Shown here piece by piece: positions 1 to 9,640 of a DNA stretch of 64,000 nucleotides. This DNA is from Candidatus Methanomethylophilaceae archaeon (GTDB lineage: Archaea; Thermoplasmatota; Thermoplasmata; Methanomassiliicoccales; Methanomethylophilaceae). Below the pieces are notes generated by a model, which was not told the origin of the DNA, made no database searches, and saw nothing but the letters and a program-made list of their open reading frames with translations. Where the stretch lies: positions 64,001-128,000 of the forward strand of contig JBMNQN010000001.1 of assembly GCA_050944155.1 (NCBI GenBank). The letters are read 5' to 3'. The position numbers and the translations under genes are program-made. Numbering within the stretch: the stretch's first letter is position 1; each line of letters opens with the position of its first letter.

Positions 1-29
1 TATAACGGAGTTCGCGGTTGAAAGCGGAC

Positions 30-1019
30 ATGAAGCGCAGGATTCCTTCCGAACCGGAGGCGGTATGGAAAGAAAAGGATATGTCCAAAGGCAGAAAAGT
101 GGATGCCATGGTTGCGATTATGCGTACAAGCGGATGCTGCTGGGCAAAAACCGGAGGCTGCACCATGTGCGGTTACAACAACGCTTCTTCGCCGGAAATT
201 TCCGAATCGGATCTGATGAGCCAGATTGACGTAATCATGAAAAAATACAAAGGAGAGCCTTTTGTCAAAATATACACTTCCGGAAGTTTCCTCGACACGG
301 AAGAAATACCCCTCAGGGTCAGAGACACGATTTTCGACAATTTTTCCGGATGCGAGCGCGTTCTTTTCGAATCCCGTCCCGAATTTGTCACCGAAGAAAC
401 GGCGGAATCCCTTCCGAAAAACACAACCGTGGCACTGGGTCTCGAAACTTCGAATCCGGAAATACTCGGGAAGGCAATCAACAAGGGATTCACGCCCGAA
501 GAAAGCAGAGCGGCCGGCGAAATAATAAGGGACGCCGGTCTGGACGTCCGCACGTATCTGCTTCTCAAACCTCTGTACGTAACGGAGAGCCAGGCAATCG
601 AAGATACGGTTGCTTCGGCTCTTTTTGCGGACGGTTATTCTTCCGAAATTTCCGTAAATCCGTTGAACGTTCAATACGGGACCCTGACCGAAAAGATGTG
701 GAAACGCGGCGAGTTCAGACCCCCGTGGATCTGGTCTCTTCTGGAGGTGTTCGGACGCCTTCACGGAAAGACCATGGCGAGACTCATGTCGTCCCCTTCC
801 GGAGGAGGCTCTAAGAGGGGAGTCCACAACTGCGGAGACTGCGACAGGAGGGCACTCGACGCGGTGGAGAAATATTCGTTCTCGCAGAACGCGGAAGACC
901 TGAACGTCGAATGCATCTGCAGGGAAACGTGGAAAAACTATATCAGGGCCGAAAAAATACTCGGTACATCGGCCGATTTGGAAAGAGGGCTGATCAACAA
1001 TCTGGCACTCAGGATGTAA
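30..1019 (+). CDS. Archaeosine biosynthesis radical SAM protein (RaSEA-like, TIGR01210 family)
   Basis: RTSGCCWAKTGGCTMCGY radical-SAM cysteine motif, KIYTSGSFLD, ESRPEFV and GSKRGVHNCG motifs. ATG at 30 lies ~25 nt after a TATAA at 1-5; the alternative start is TTG at 18. Confidence 0.85.
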   Translation: MKRRIPSEPEAVWKEKDMSKGRKVDAMVAIMRTSGCCWAKTGGCTMCGYNNASSPEISESDLMSQIDVIMKKYKGEPFVKIYTSGSFLDTEEIPLRVRDTIFDNFSGCERVLFESRPEFVTEETAESLPKNTTVALGLETSNPEILGKAINKGFTPEESRAAGEIIRDAGLDVRTYLLLKPLYVTESQAIEDTVASALFADGYSSEISVNPLNVQYGTLTEKMWKRGEFRPPWIWSLLEVFGRLHGKTMARLMSSPSGGGSKRGVHNCGDCDRRALDAVEKYSFSQNAEDLNVECICRETWKNYIRAEKILGTSADLERGLINNLALRM

Positions 1020-1023
1020 AAGC

Positions 1024-1350
1024 ATGACGGATTTCGACATTAAGAGAGGATGGGCAGGAAAAATCGAGAACGGCGGTCTGAAGAAAATCATGGAAGAAAC
1101 TTTCGGAAACGTCGAAGCCGAAGGAAATATGCTGGTTTCGAAATACGGCGTTCTCGGAAGAATCGAAGCGGAAATGATTTCCAAAACCGTTCTGAGAGTG
1201 GATACGGTCAACAGGGAAGGGCCGATGAACGACGAAGAGATACTCGACACGAAGAGAAAACTCAACGCGTTTCTCGAAGCCGCCACCGGTTTCGACGTCA
1301 AGGCGCGCAAGAAGCGTGCCCAGGACAAAGCCAAGAAGGGGCTTCTTTAA
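1024..1350 (+). CDS. Conserved archaeal hypothetical protein (DUF5611-like)
   Basis: 108 aa; N-terminal FDIKRG and C-terminal NAFLEAATGFDVKARKKRA resemble this family; 4 nt after the previous stop. Confidence 0.7.
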   Translation: MTDFDIKRGWAGKIENGGLKKIMEETFGNVEAEGNMLVSKYGVLGRIEAEMISKTVLRVDTVNREGPMNDEEILDTKRKLNAFLEAATGFDVKARKKRAQDKAKKGLL

Positions 1351-1395
1351 ACTTTTCTGCGCATTCGCGTCCCTATTAGGGGAGGCTGCGCACTC

Positions 1396-1406
1396 TTTAT
1401 ATATAA
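1396..1406 (+). promoter_or_regulatory. Putative TATA box of the ribosomal protein superoperon
   Basis: TTTATATATAA, the only strong TATA-like element between DUF5611 and rpl3. Confidence 0.6.
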
Positions 1407-1429
1407 CCTGGTTATACCAACGGCTAGAT

Positions 1430-1590
1430 TGGACAATATAATGTCCGACCAGACGCTCTGGGCTATGCTTCGGCATCCCAGGTTCGCCCGGAAAAAACAC
1501 GTTATGGGGTCGAACGGGCGTCACGGCCGGATGTTTAAAGCGTTCGTCTGTAAAGACAGCGAGGATAGCAGAGACACCCTCGCAGGTACG
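1430..1590 (+). ncRNA. Candidate structured 5' leader (r-leader) of the rpl3 operon
   Basis: Several hairpins, including a C(UUCG)G-capped stem (1458-1481) and a GNRA-capped stem (1546-1557). Confidence 0.45.
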
Positions 1591-1597
1591 TGAAAAT

Positions 1598-2596
1598 ATG
1601 CCACAGAGAAGACACCCCAGAAGGGGATCGATGGGGTACGGCCCCAGAAAAAGAGCTCAGTCGCAGAGGCCGGTGCTGGACTCCTGGCCCGAAGCAAAAG
1701 GCGCTCCCAAGATTCAGGGATTCGCAGGATACAAGGCCGGAATGACCCACGCCTTCGTCCTCGACAAGAACCAGAAGAGCACGACGGCGAGGATGGAGGT
1801 TCAGACGCCCGTAACGGTCGTCGAAGTTCCGCCCATGAAGGTAGCTGCGGTCAGATTCTACGAAAACAGCACCCTCGGCCTCAAAACCGCGGGCGAAGTG
1901 TGGGCAACCGACCTTGACCCCCTGCTCGAGAAGAAGATGAGCGTGCCCAAAGGCCACACCGAAGAATCTTTTGCGAGATATGACGGACTGGATATCGAGG
2001 ACGTGCGCGTTCTCGCATACACACAGCCCAAACTCGTCACGGGAGTTCCCAAGAAAGTGCCCGAACTCATGGAACTGAGAATCGGCGGCGGAACAATCGA
2101 CGAGAGGGTCGCCTACGCCAAAGGGATTCTCGGAAAAGACGTAACAATCACCGATTTCGCTCCCGAAGGAGCGCTGGTCGACGTCATAGCGGTGACCAAG
2201 GGAAAAGGATTCCAGGGCGCAACCAAGCGCTGGGGAATCAAGCTGCTTTCCCACAGGAACAGCAAACACCGCCGCATGATCGGAAACCTGGGGCCCAAGA
2301 GACCCGGATACGTAAGGGGAACCGTCCCCATGGCGGGTCAGATGGGTTACCACCAGAGAACCGAATTCAACAAGAAAATCATAAAAGTCGGAGAAGAGGG
2401 AGCCGAAATCAACCCCAAGGGCGGATTCCTCAACTACGGAGAAGTCAGGAACACTTACGTTCTCGTGCACGGCTCCGTTCCCGGACCGACAAAGAGAATA
2501 ATCAGATTCAGGGACGCCTCGAGGCTCCCGAAGAAAGTGGACACCGAAGCGCCCGAAGTGACCTACGTGTCCACCGAATCCAAACAGGGGGCATGA
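1598..2596 (+). CDS. rpl3: 50S ribosomal protein L3
   Basis: PRRGSMGYGPRKRA, GFAGYKAGMTH, TKGKGFQG, GQMGYHQRTE. Confidence 0.98.
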   Translation: MPQRRHPRRGSMGYGPRKRAQSQRPVLDSWPEAKGAPKIQGFAGYKAGMTHAFVLDKNQKSTTARMEVQTPVTVVEVPPMKVAAVRFYENSTLGLKTAGEVWATDLDPLLEKKMSVPKGHTEESFARYDGLDIEDVRVLAYTQPKLVTGVPKKVPELMELRIGGGTIDERVAYAKGILGKDVTITDFAPEGALVDVIAVTKGKGFQGATKRWGIKLLSHRNSKHRRMIGNLGPKRPGYVRGTVPMAGQMGYHQRTEFNKKIIKVGEEGAEINPKGGFLNYGEVRNTYVLVHGSVPGPTKRIIRFRDASRLPKKVDTEAPEVTYVSTESKQGA

Positions 2597-3369
2597 AGAT
2601 GAAGCAGACAAACGTCTACAGTATCAACGGAGAAGTTTCCGGTAAAATCGATGTTCCCGCGGCATTCGAGACGGTCTACAGACCCGATATCATAAAGAAA
2701 GCCGTGCTCGCGGCTGCCGCCAACGGAAGACAGCCCTACGGTCCCGCCAGAGGAGCCGGAATGAGGCACTCTGTCAGCACCTGGGGAAAAGGACGCGGAG
2801 TTTCCCGTGTCCAGAGGCTCAAGGACGGCAGAAAGGGAGCGGAATCGCCCAACAACGTCTCCGGACGCAGAGCGCACCCCCCGATGCCCGAGAGAAAGTG
2901 GGAACACAAGATAAACAAAAAAGAACTCGCGATTGCCCGCAGATCCGCACTCGCCGCCACCGGCGACGCCGTCTGCGTGAAAGAACGCGGCCACAAGTTC
3001 GACGACAGCGTTTCTTTCCCGATTGTCGTGGAAGACGCTTTCCAGAACATTTCGTCCACGGCGGAAGTCGCCGAATTTTTCGACAAAATCGGAATAGGAT
3101 ACGACGTGGAACGCGCCAAAGACGGAACCAAAATACGCGCGGGTAAAGGAAAGATGAGGAACAGAAAATACCGTGTTCCCGTTTCCGTGCTCGTAGTGGT
3201 CTCCGACAGGGAAGTTCCCGTGTTCAAGGGAGCGTCCAACCTTGCGGGAGTCGAGGTGGAATCCGTCAGAACGCTCAACACGGGTATTCTCGCACCCGGA
3301 GGAGACGCGGGAAGACTCACAGTTTACACCGAGTCTGCCATCGCCGAGATAGGAGGATGGGTACAATGA
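2593..3369 (+). CDS. rpl4: 50S ribosomal protein L4 (archaeal L4P)
   Basis: WGKGRGVSRVQR, GRRAHPP, LAPGGDAGRLT; ATGA overlap with rpl3. Confidence 0.98.
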   Translation: MKMKQTNVYSINGEVSGKIDVPAAFETVYRPDIIKKAVLAAAANGRQPYGPARGAGMRHSVSTWGKGRGVSRVQRLKDGRKGAESPNNVSGRRAHPPMPERKWEHKINKKELAIARRSALAATGDAVCVKERGHKFDDSVSFPIVVEDAFQNISSTAEVAEFFDKIGIGYDVERAKDGTKIRAGKGKMRNRKYRVPVSVLVVVSDREVPVFKGASNLAGVEVESVRTLNTGILAPGGDAGRLTVYTESAIAEIGGWVQ

Positions 3370-3647
3370 GGCAGAGCGACGTTCTTATCAGGCCCCATGT
3401 GACCGAAAAGTCGATGAACCACACTTCCGGAACTTCCGCACAGGATTTCAAAGACGGAAACAGAATCGAGTTCATCGTTCACAGAAAGGCAGACAAGCAG
3501 ACCATAAAGACGATCTTCGAAGAGCGTTTCGAAGTCAAAGTCGACAAAGTATGGGTAAGAATCGAAAAAGACGGCAAGCACGCCATCATCAAACTGGCGG
3601 ACGGTTATTCCGCCGAAGATGTGGGCATGAGGGTCGGTATATTCTGA
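3366..3647 (+). CDS. rpl23: 50S ribosomal protein L23
   Basis: RPHVTEKSM, FEVKVDKV, KHAIIKL; operon position. Confidence 0.95.
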   Translation: MRQSDVLIRPHVTEKSMNHTSGTSAQDFKDGNRIEFIVHRKADKQTIKTIFEERFEVKVDKVWVRIEKDGKHAIIKLADGYSAEDVGMRVGIF

Positions 3648-3657
3648 GGTGAGACGA

Positions 3658-4359
3658 ATGGGAAAAAGACTTAGGACACAGAGAAGAGGACGCGGAACGC
3701 CCCTCTACCGCTCACCCAGCCACAGGCACGTGGATGATGTCAGACTTCCTTCCATGAGCGAAGGAACGGGAACCGTCAAAGATCTGATACAGGCCCCCGG
3801 AAGAACCTGTCCTCTCGCAGTGGTGGAGTTCAACGGAGTAAACGACTACCAGCTTGCGGCCGAGGGAATGAAAGTCGGACAGACGGTTACCGTGGGCGGC
3901 AGCGAAATCCGCTCCGGAAACATCACGCTGCTTTCGGAGATTCCCGAGGGAACTCCGGTGCACAACGTCGAAGGCATACCGGGAGACGGAGGAAAGTTCG
4001 TCAAAACGGCGGGAACTTCGGCGACGGTCGTCAGCAGAGGCGAATACGTTGTTCTGCAGATGCCTTCCGGGGTGCTCAAAGAGTTCCACCCCAACTGCCG
4101 CGCCGCCATAGGTATAGTGGCAGGAGGCGGAAGAGTGGAGAAACCCCTGGGTAAAGCCGGAGCAAACGCACTGGCGCTCAGATCCAGATCAAAGGCGAAC
4201 TTCCACACCAAGGGAGTGGCCATGAACGCGGTGGACCACCCCCACGGCGGAGGAAGCCATCCCCATGTGGGAGGACCCAACTGCCAGAGGAGAACCGCTT
4301 CTCCCGGACAGAAAGTCGGTTTCATCGCCAAAAAGAAAAATAAGAAGGGCAGGAGGTAA
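3658..4359 (+). CDS. rpl2: 50S ribosomal protein L2
   Basis: MGKRLRTQRRGRG, GVAMNAVDHPHGGG. Confidence 0.98.
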   Translation: MGKRLRTQRRGRGTPLYRSPSHRHVDDVRLPSMSEGTGTVKDLIQAPGRTCPLAVVEFNGVNDYQLAAEGMKVGQTVTVGGSEIRSGNITLLSEIPEGTPVHNVEGIPGDGGKFVKTAGTSATVVSRGEYVVLQMPSGVLKEFHPNCRAAIGIVAGGGRVEKPLGKAGANALALRSRSKANFHTKGVAMNAVDHPHGGGSHPHVGGPNCQRRTASPGQKVGFIAKKKNKKGRR

Positions 4360-4364
4360 TCGAT

Positions 4365-4826
4365 ATGGCAAAAGTAAAGATACAGGGATCCGCGAAAGCA
4401 TCCAGGCGCAGGACGAGAAAGAAAGCGTCGGCGATCCAGGCGAGGAGAAAGAAAGAGTTCCTCTACCGCGGATTCACGATGGACGAACTTCTCGCCATGC
4501 CCTTCGACGAGATACTCGGACTTCTGCCCTCCAGGGCCAGAAGGACCTATCTCCGCGGTCTCAACTACGAACAGCAGCTTCTTTTCGACGAGCTTTCGAA
4601 ATCGGACAAAAAGGTCAGAACGCACCGCAGAGACCTTCCGATCGTACCGCAGTTCGTCGGAAAAACGGTATCCGTGTACAACGGAAAAGAATTCAAGGAC
4701 GTGGAAATAAAACCGGAAATGATCGGCCACTTCCTCGGAGAGTTTGTCATGAACAGGAAAGAACCCCAGCACTCCGGACCCGGAGTCGGTGCAACCAGGT
4801 CTTCGAAGTTCATGCCGCTGAAGTGA
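4365..4826 (+). CDS. rps19: 30S ribosomal protein S19
   Basis: VRTHRRD, YNGKEF, EMIGHFLGEF, GVGATRSSKFMPLK. Confidence 0.98.
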   Translation: MAKVKIQGSAKASRRRTRKKASAIQARRKKEFLYRGFTMDELLAMPFDEILGLLPSRARRTYLRGLNYEQQLLFDELSKSDKKVRTHRRDLPIVPQFVGKTVSVYNGKEFKDVEIKPEMIGHFLGEFVMNRKEPQHSGPGVGATRSSKFMPLK

Positions 4827-4837
4827 GGTGAAAAAAG

Positions 4838-5287
4838 ATGAATTCAGGATATACGGCAGAATCCGATCCGGACATCTCCGCGAAAGCGGTGGGAAGAGAC
4901 ATACCCGTCTCCCCGAAGTTCGCCCGCGAAGTGGTGGGAATGATCCGCGGAAAGAAAGTGGAGGACGCCACGGTTATGCTTGAAGAAGTCATCGCTCTCG
5001 AGAGAGCGGTGCCTCTGAAAAGATACAACAAACGCGTCTCCCACAAACCCGGTACGGGACCCGGGAGATACCCGGTGAAGGCGGCGAAAGCGGTTCTTTC
5101 GGTTCTCGAAAGCGCCTCTTCCAACGCCGAGTACAAAGGACTTGACGCGTCCAACATGTTCATCGCAACGATTTCCGTTTCCAGGGGCACGGTCATAATG
5201 GGCCGCATGCCCAGAGCCCAGGGAAGGGCCACTCAGTGGAATCAGGAAACCGTGAACATAGAAGTGATATTAGAGGAGGAAGAGTGA
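4838..5287 (+). CDS. rpl22: 50S ribosomal protein L22
   Basis: GPGRYPVKAA, NAEYKGLD, PRAQGRAT. Confidence 0.97.
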   Translation: MNSGYTAESDPDISAKAVGRDIPVSPKFAREVVGMIRGKKVEDATVMLEEVIALERAVPLKRYNKRVSHKPGTGPGRYPVKAAKAVLSVLESASSNAEYKGLDASNMFIATISVSRGTVIMGRMPRAQGRATQWNQETVNIEVILEEEE

Positions 5288-5288
5288 A

Positions 5289-6002
5289 ATGGCATCCGAG
5301 AGAAAGTTTGTCACCGAAAACATACGCAGGGTCCTCCTCAAAGAGTACCTGATGAAGGAAATCAGCCGTGCCGGTTTCGGCGGGCTCCAGGTTCAGAGAG
5401 TTCCCAACGGAACCCGCGTGGAGCTTACCACCGAAAGGCCCGGTCTGGTCATCGGAACTCGCGGAAGGACCATCAAAGCTCTGACCGCAGCCATCAGCAA
5501 CGATTTCGGATTCGAGAATCCGCAGATTGAAGCCATCGAAGTTGAAAACGCCAACCTTAACGCCCAGATTATGGCGGAAAAGCTTGCGTTCTCTCTCGAG
5601 AGGGGATGGCACTTCCGCAGGGCGGGGCACTCCACCGTGCGCAGAATCATGGATTCCGGCGCCAGGGGATGCCACATTATCCTTGCCGGAAAACTTACCG
5701 GTCAGAGACACAGAACAGAGAAGTTCAAAGAAGGCTACATCAAGTTCTGCGGCGAACCCAGCGAAAAATTCATACACAGAGGTTTCGCCGTCGCAAAACT
5801 CAAGATGGGAGTCATAGGAGTCACCGTCGAAATCATGGACAGGGATTCCAAACTGCCCACCGACATCGTGATAGCCAGCAAGACCGAGGCTTACGAACTT
5901 CTCCCCGATCTGTTCAAGGCGGAATCCGTCGAGGAACCCGCCGCGGAAGAACCGGTTGCCGAAGAACAGGCTGTCGAAGAGCCTGCCGGGGAGGTGCAGT
6001 GA
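5289..6002 (+). CDS. rps3: 30S ribosomal protein S3
   Basis: KH motif RPGLVIGTRG, ERGWHFRRA, GKLTGQR; acidic C-terminal tail. Confidence 0.98.
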   Translation: MASERKFVTENIRRVLLKEYLMKEISRAGFGGLQVQRVPNGTRVELTTERPGLVIGTRGRTIKALTAAISNDFGFENPQIEAIEVENANLNAQIMAEKLAFSLERGWHFRRAGHSTVRRIMDSGARGCHIILAGKLTGQRHRTEKFKEGYIKFCGEPSEKFIHRGFAVAKLKMGVIGVTVEIMDRDSKLPTDIVIASKTEAYELLPDLFKAESVEEPAAEEPVAEEQAVEEPAGEVQ

Positions 6003-6205
6003 TGGCATCCCTCAGGCCCTCCGACATAAGGAACATGACCGACGAAGGGCGCAACCAGAAGCTCAAGGAGCTCCGTGACGAACTTATGCACGAGAGGGGA
6101 GTTTCCGCTACCGGCGGAGCACCCACCAGCCCCGGAGCCATCCGTGCGCTCAGAAGGAACATCGCCCGCATTCTGACTATCCAGAAGGAGGAGGAAGAAA
6201 TCTGA
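6002..6205 (+). CDS. rpl29: 50S ribosomal protein L29
   Basis: MASLRPSDIRNM...PGAIRALRRNIARILTI; true start lies inside the longer ORF 5606..6205. Confidence 0.95.
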   Translation: MASLRPSDIRNMTDEGRNQKLKELRDELMHERGVSATGGAPTSPGAIRALRRNIARILTIQKEEEEI

Positions 6206-6504
6206 TGGGAGGAATCTGTCCGGTTTGCGGACTTCCCAGCGAGCTGTGCATGTGCGAAGAAATCGCACGCGGACAGCAGAGCGTCAGGATATCGGTGGAC
6301 AGCCGCAGATACGGCAAAATGGTCACCGTTATCGACGGGATTGACGAGAACGACATCAACATCGCGGACCTGGCCAAACAGCTGAAGAACAAATGCGCCG
6401 CCGGAGGAACATACAAAGACGGACGCATCGAACTTCAGGGCGACCACAAAAAGAAAGTAAAAGCGGTCCTCGAGGAGATGGGATTCACAACGGAAGTAAG
6501 ATGA
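6205..6504 (+). CDS. sui1: Translation initiation factor SUI1 (aIF1)
   Basis: CPVCGLPSELCMC, RRYGKMVTVI, CAAGGT, IELQGDH. Confidence 0.96.
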   Translation: MGGICPVCGLPSELCMCEEIARGQQSVRISVDSRRYGKMVTVIDGIDENDINIADLAKQLKNKCAAGGTYKDGRIELQGDHKKKVKAVLEEMGFTTEVR

Positions 6505-6759
6505 ATGAAGAGGGCGGAAATCGTGAGAGCTGAACTTATCGGATTGGAAGTGACGGTGCTGTCCGCACCGTATTCGGGAATAGCCGGCAGAGTGGTGGAC
6601 GAAACAAAAAACACGTTCGTCATAGAATCCGCCGGATCCGAAAAAATGGTACCCAAGCCGGGAAACGTGTTCAGATTCGTCACGGAAGAAGGAACCGCGG
6701 ACCTTAACGGTTCGGACATCCTCTTCAGGCCCGAGGACAGAATCAAAAAAGCAAGGTGA
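6505..6759 (+). CDS. rnp1: Ribonuclease P protein component 1 (Rpp29)
   Basis: ELIGLEV, GRVVDETKNT, RPEDRIKK; conserved position before rps17. Confidence 0.93.
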   Translation: MKRAEIVRAELIGLEVTVLSAPYSGIAGRVVDETKNTFVIESAGSEKMVPKPGNVFRFVTEEGTADLNGSDILFRPEDRIKKAR

Positions 6760-6764
6760 TTAAT

Positions 6765-7091
6765 ATGACAGCCAGAAACATCGGAATCAACGTAAAGGCT
6801 CCGGAGACCGAGTGCTCCGACCCGGACTGCCCCTTCCACGGCACGCTCCCCGTAAGAGGCCAGATAATCGACGGCGTTATCGCATCGGTCAAAATGGACA
6901 AGACTGCGGTCGTCGAGCGCACTCTTACCAGATACAACAAGAAATACGAAAGATACGAGAAGAGGACGAGACGCTATTCGGCCCACCTTCCCCCGTGCAT
7001 GCATTTGGAGGCCGGAGACAAGGTGACCATAATGGAGTGCCGCCCGATCTCGAAGACCGTGGCTTTCGCGGTCATCGAAAAGAAGGAGTGA
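6765..7091 (+). CDS. rps17: 30S ribosomal protein S17
   Basis: [27 protein letters not shown]. Confidence 0.97.
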   Translation: MTARNIGINVKAPETECSDPDCPFHGTLPVRGQIIDGVIASVKMDKTAVVERTLTRYNKKYERYEKRTRRYSAHLPPCMHLEAGDKVTIMECRPISKTVAFAVIEKKE

Positions 7092-7098
7092 AGCCGGA

Positions 7099-7497
7099 AT
7101 GAAAGGAATATCCGGAAATCAGACCAGAGGATTCATCGTCGGATCGCGTCTCAACGTCATAGACAATACCGGCGCCAAGGTCATCGAAATCATAGCGGTG
7201 CCGGGATACCACGGCGTTGCCAGGAGAGTCCCCTCCGCGGGAATAGGCGACCTGGTCATGGCATCCGTCAAGAAAGGAACTCCCCAGATGAGGAGACAGA
7301 TCGTTTACGCCGTAATCGTCCGCCAGAAGCGCTCCATAAGGCGCCCCGACGGAATCATGGTGTCTTTCGAAGATAACGCGGCGGTAATAACGACGGAAAC
7401 CGGCGAAACGAAAGGTACGGACATAAAAGGTCCGGTGGCCAGAGAGGCGGCCGAAAGATGGCCCCGCGTATCTGCCACGGCAAATACGATTGTGTGA
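7099..7497 (+). CDS. rpl14: 50S ribosomal protein L14
   Basis: [31 protein letters not shown]. Confidence 0.98.
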   Translation: MKGISGNQTRGFIVGSRLNVIDNTGAKVIEIIAVPGYHGVARRVPSAGIGDLVMASVKKGTPQMRRQIVYAVIVRQKRSIRRPDGIMVSFEDNAAVITTETGETKGTDIKGPVAREAAERWPRVSATANTIV

Positions 7498-7507
7498 GGC
7501 GGAAGAG

Positions 7508-7882
7508 ATGAAAAGCAGCAAAGCAAGGGTACAGAGAAAGAAGCAGTACAATGCTCCGGCCCACACCAGAAGAAAAATGCTTTCGGCCCACCTGAGCGAC
7601 GACCTCCGCGACAAATACGGAGTGCGCACCGCCAGAGTATGCAAGGGCGATACCGTCGTGATTCTCAGAGGAAACGAAGACATCCGCGGAATCGAAGGCA
7701 AAGTTCTCGAAGTATTCACCGACACCGGAAGAGTTTCGGTGGAAGGAATAACAATAAATCAGGCAGACGGGACCGCCACCGCGCGCCCCGTACACGCATC
7801 CAACCTGGTCATCGTCAAAATCAACGACGAAGACAAATGGAGGATGGACGCCCTGGAAAACAAGAAGGAGGCTAAACAATGA
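7508..7882 (+). CDS. rpl24: 50S ribosomal protein L24
   Basis: QRKKQYNAPAH, KGDTVVILRG (KOW), VHASNLVI. Confidence 0.97.
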   Translation: MKSSKARVQRKKQYNAPAHTRRKMLSAHLSDDLRDKYGVRTARVCKGDTVVILRGNEDIRGIEGKVLEVFTDTGRVSVEGITINQADGTATARPVHASNLVIVKINDEDKWRMDALENKKEAKQ

Positions 7883-8586
7883 GCGACCACATGAAAAGAC
7901 TGGCGGCTCCGAGAAGCTGGCCCATCAAAAGAAAGGCCAGCATCTGGGTCGCCAAGCAGTCTCCCGGAGCCCACTCCGTGGAGGCCAGCATGCCCCTGGT
8001 AACTCTTCTCAGAGATATGCTCGGGGTCTGTGACACCGCGAGGGAGGCCAAGAGGATCGTCGGAAACCGCGAAATTCTGGTAAACGGAAAACCCGCGAAA
8101 AACCCCAAGATGCCCGTCGGAATAATGGACGTCGTCACCATACCCAAGATGAACGCCCACTACCGCATCCTCCTGACCGACAAAGGAAAACTGACCGCAA
8201 CGGCCATCGAGGAAGAGAATTCCGGCTGGACCCTGTGCAGGGTCGAAAACAAGACCGTGGTAAAAGGCGGGAAATATCAGATCAACCTCAGCGGCGGAAG
8301 GAACATCGTTCTCGACGGAAACGACTACAAAACCGGAGACACCCTCAAGCTGGGTCTGACCGACAACAAGGTTCTCGGCCACTACAAACTGGAATCGGGA
8401 GCATCCGCCCTCATCATCGAAGGAATCCACGCCGGTTCGGCGGAAACCGTTTCGGAATACACCCCCACCATGGGTAACGGCGCCAACGTCGTGATTTTCG
8501 AAGACGGTACCAGCACGGTCAAGAAGAACGTCTTCATAATAGGCGGCAAAAAGCCCGAAATCAAACTTCCGGAGGCGTCCCAATGA
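7879..8586 (+). CDS. rps4e: 30S ribosomal protein S4e
   Basis: HMKRLAAPRSWPI, PVGIMDVV. Confidence 0.97.
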   Translation: MSDHMKRLAAPRSWPIKRKASIWVAKQSPGAHSVEASMPLVTLLRDMLGVCDTAREAKRIVGNREILVNGKPAKNPKMPVGIMDVVTIPKMNAHYRILLTDKGKLTATAIEEENSGWTLCRVENKTVVKGGKYQINLSGGRNIVLDGNDYKTGDTLKLGLTDNKVLGHYKLESGASALIIEGIHAGSAETVSEYTPTMGNGANVVIFEDGTSTVKKNVFIIGGKKPEIKLPEASQ

Positions 8587-9086
8587 CCATGAAGGACATC
8601 TCCATCGAAAAGGTGGTAATCAACGTAGGCGTCGGCGAAGCCGGCGAGAGACTCGTTAAAGCTCAGAAAGTTCTGGAAATGGTTACCGGTCAGAAACCCG
8701 TTCAGACCGTATCCAAAACCGTCAACAGAGACCTGAGCATACGCGTGGGAATGCCTATCGGATGCAAAGTCACCCTCAGAAACGAAAAGGCCGACGGGTT
8801 CCTCAGACAGGCTCTGTCCATCAGGGAAAACCGTATACACAACTATTCTTTCGACAAAGAGGGCAACATGTCTTTCGGAATATCCGATTACACGGATTTC
8901 GAGGGCATGAAATACGATCCCGAAATAGGAATATTCGGAATGGACGTCAGCGTGGTCTTCACCAGGCCCGGCAGAAGAATCGAGCGCAGAAAACTGATGT
9001 CCAGAAAGATACCCAAAAGCCAGCGCGTGAACAGAGAAGAAGCCATGCAGTTCATGGCCGACAATTACGAAGTGAAGGTGGTCTGA
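8583..9086 (+). CDS. rpl5: 50S ribosomal protein L5
   Basis: [31 protein letters not shown]. Confidence 0.98.
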   Translation: MTMKDISIEKVVINVGVGEAGERLVKAQKVLEMVTGQKPVQTVSKTVNRDLSIRVGMPIGCKVTLRNEKADGFLRQALSIRENRIHNYSFDKEGNMSFGISDYTDFEGMKYDPEIGIFGMDVSVVFTRPGRRIERRKLMSRKIPKSQRVNREEAMQFMADNYEVKVV

Positions 9087-9232
9087 TGAAACCGAAGAAG
9101 AAATACGGCAGAATCGAGGGATGCACCCGTTGCGGACGCAGAAGGGGCATCATAAGAAGATACGGCATGCATCTGTGCCGCCAATGTTTCAGAGACATGG
9201 CTCCGGAGCTGGGCTTCAAGAAATACTCGTGA
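9086..9232 (+). CDS. rps14: 30S ribosomal protein S14 (zinc type)
   Basis: CTRCG...LCRQCFR...LGFKKYS; ATG at 9086 overlaps the rpl5 stop. Confidence 0.96.
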   Translation: MKPKKKYGRIEGCTRCGRRRGIIRRYGMHLCRQCFRDMAPELGFKKYS

Positions 9233-9241
9233 GGTGAACAG

Positions 9242-9631
9242 ATGCAGAGCGATCCACTCAACGACGCAATGTGCGTCATGAAAAATGCAGCGACGAACGG
9301 AAAGAACGAGTGCACGATTTCCCTGTCCTCCAAACTCATAGGCCGCGTGCTGAAAGTTATGCAGGATCACGGATACATAAACCAGTTCGAGTACGTGGAG
9401 AACGGAAAAGCAGGCGAATTCCGCGTCATGCTCAAAGGAGCGATAAACAACTGCGGCGTGATTAAGCCCAGGTATTCGGTCAAAATAGCGGACATAGAGA
9501 AATACGAAGCGAGGTACCTCCCCGCCCAGGATTTCGGTCTTCTCATAATGACCACAACCGCCGGAGTAATTACCCAGGACCGCGCCAAAGAGCTGGGAAT
9601 CGGCGGAAAACTTCTTGCTTACGTATATTGA
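9242..9631 (+). CDS. rps8: 30S ribosomal protein S8
   Basis: DPLNDA, INNCGVIKPR, YLPAQDFG, GGKLLAYVY. Confidence 0.98.
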   Translation: MQSDPLNDAMCVMKNAATNGKNECTISLSSKLIGRVLKVMQDHGYINQFEYVENGKAGEFRVMLKGAINNCGVIKPRYSVKIADIEKYEARYLPAQDFGLLIMTTTAGVITQDRAKELGIGGKLLAYVY

Positions 9632-9640
9632 GGAATAAGA

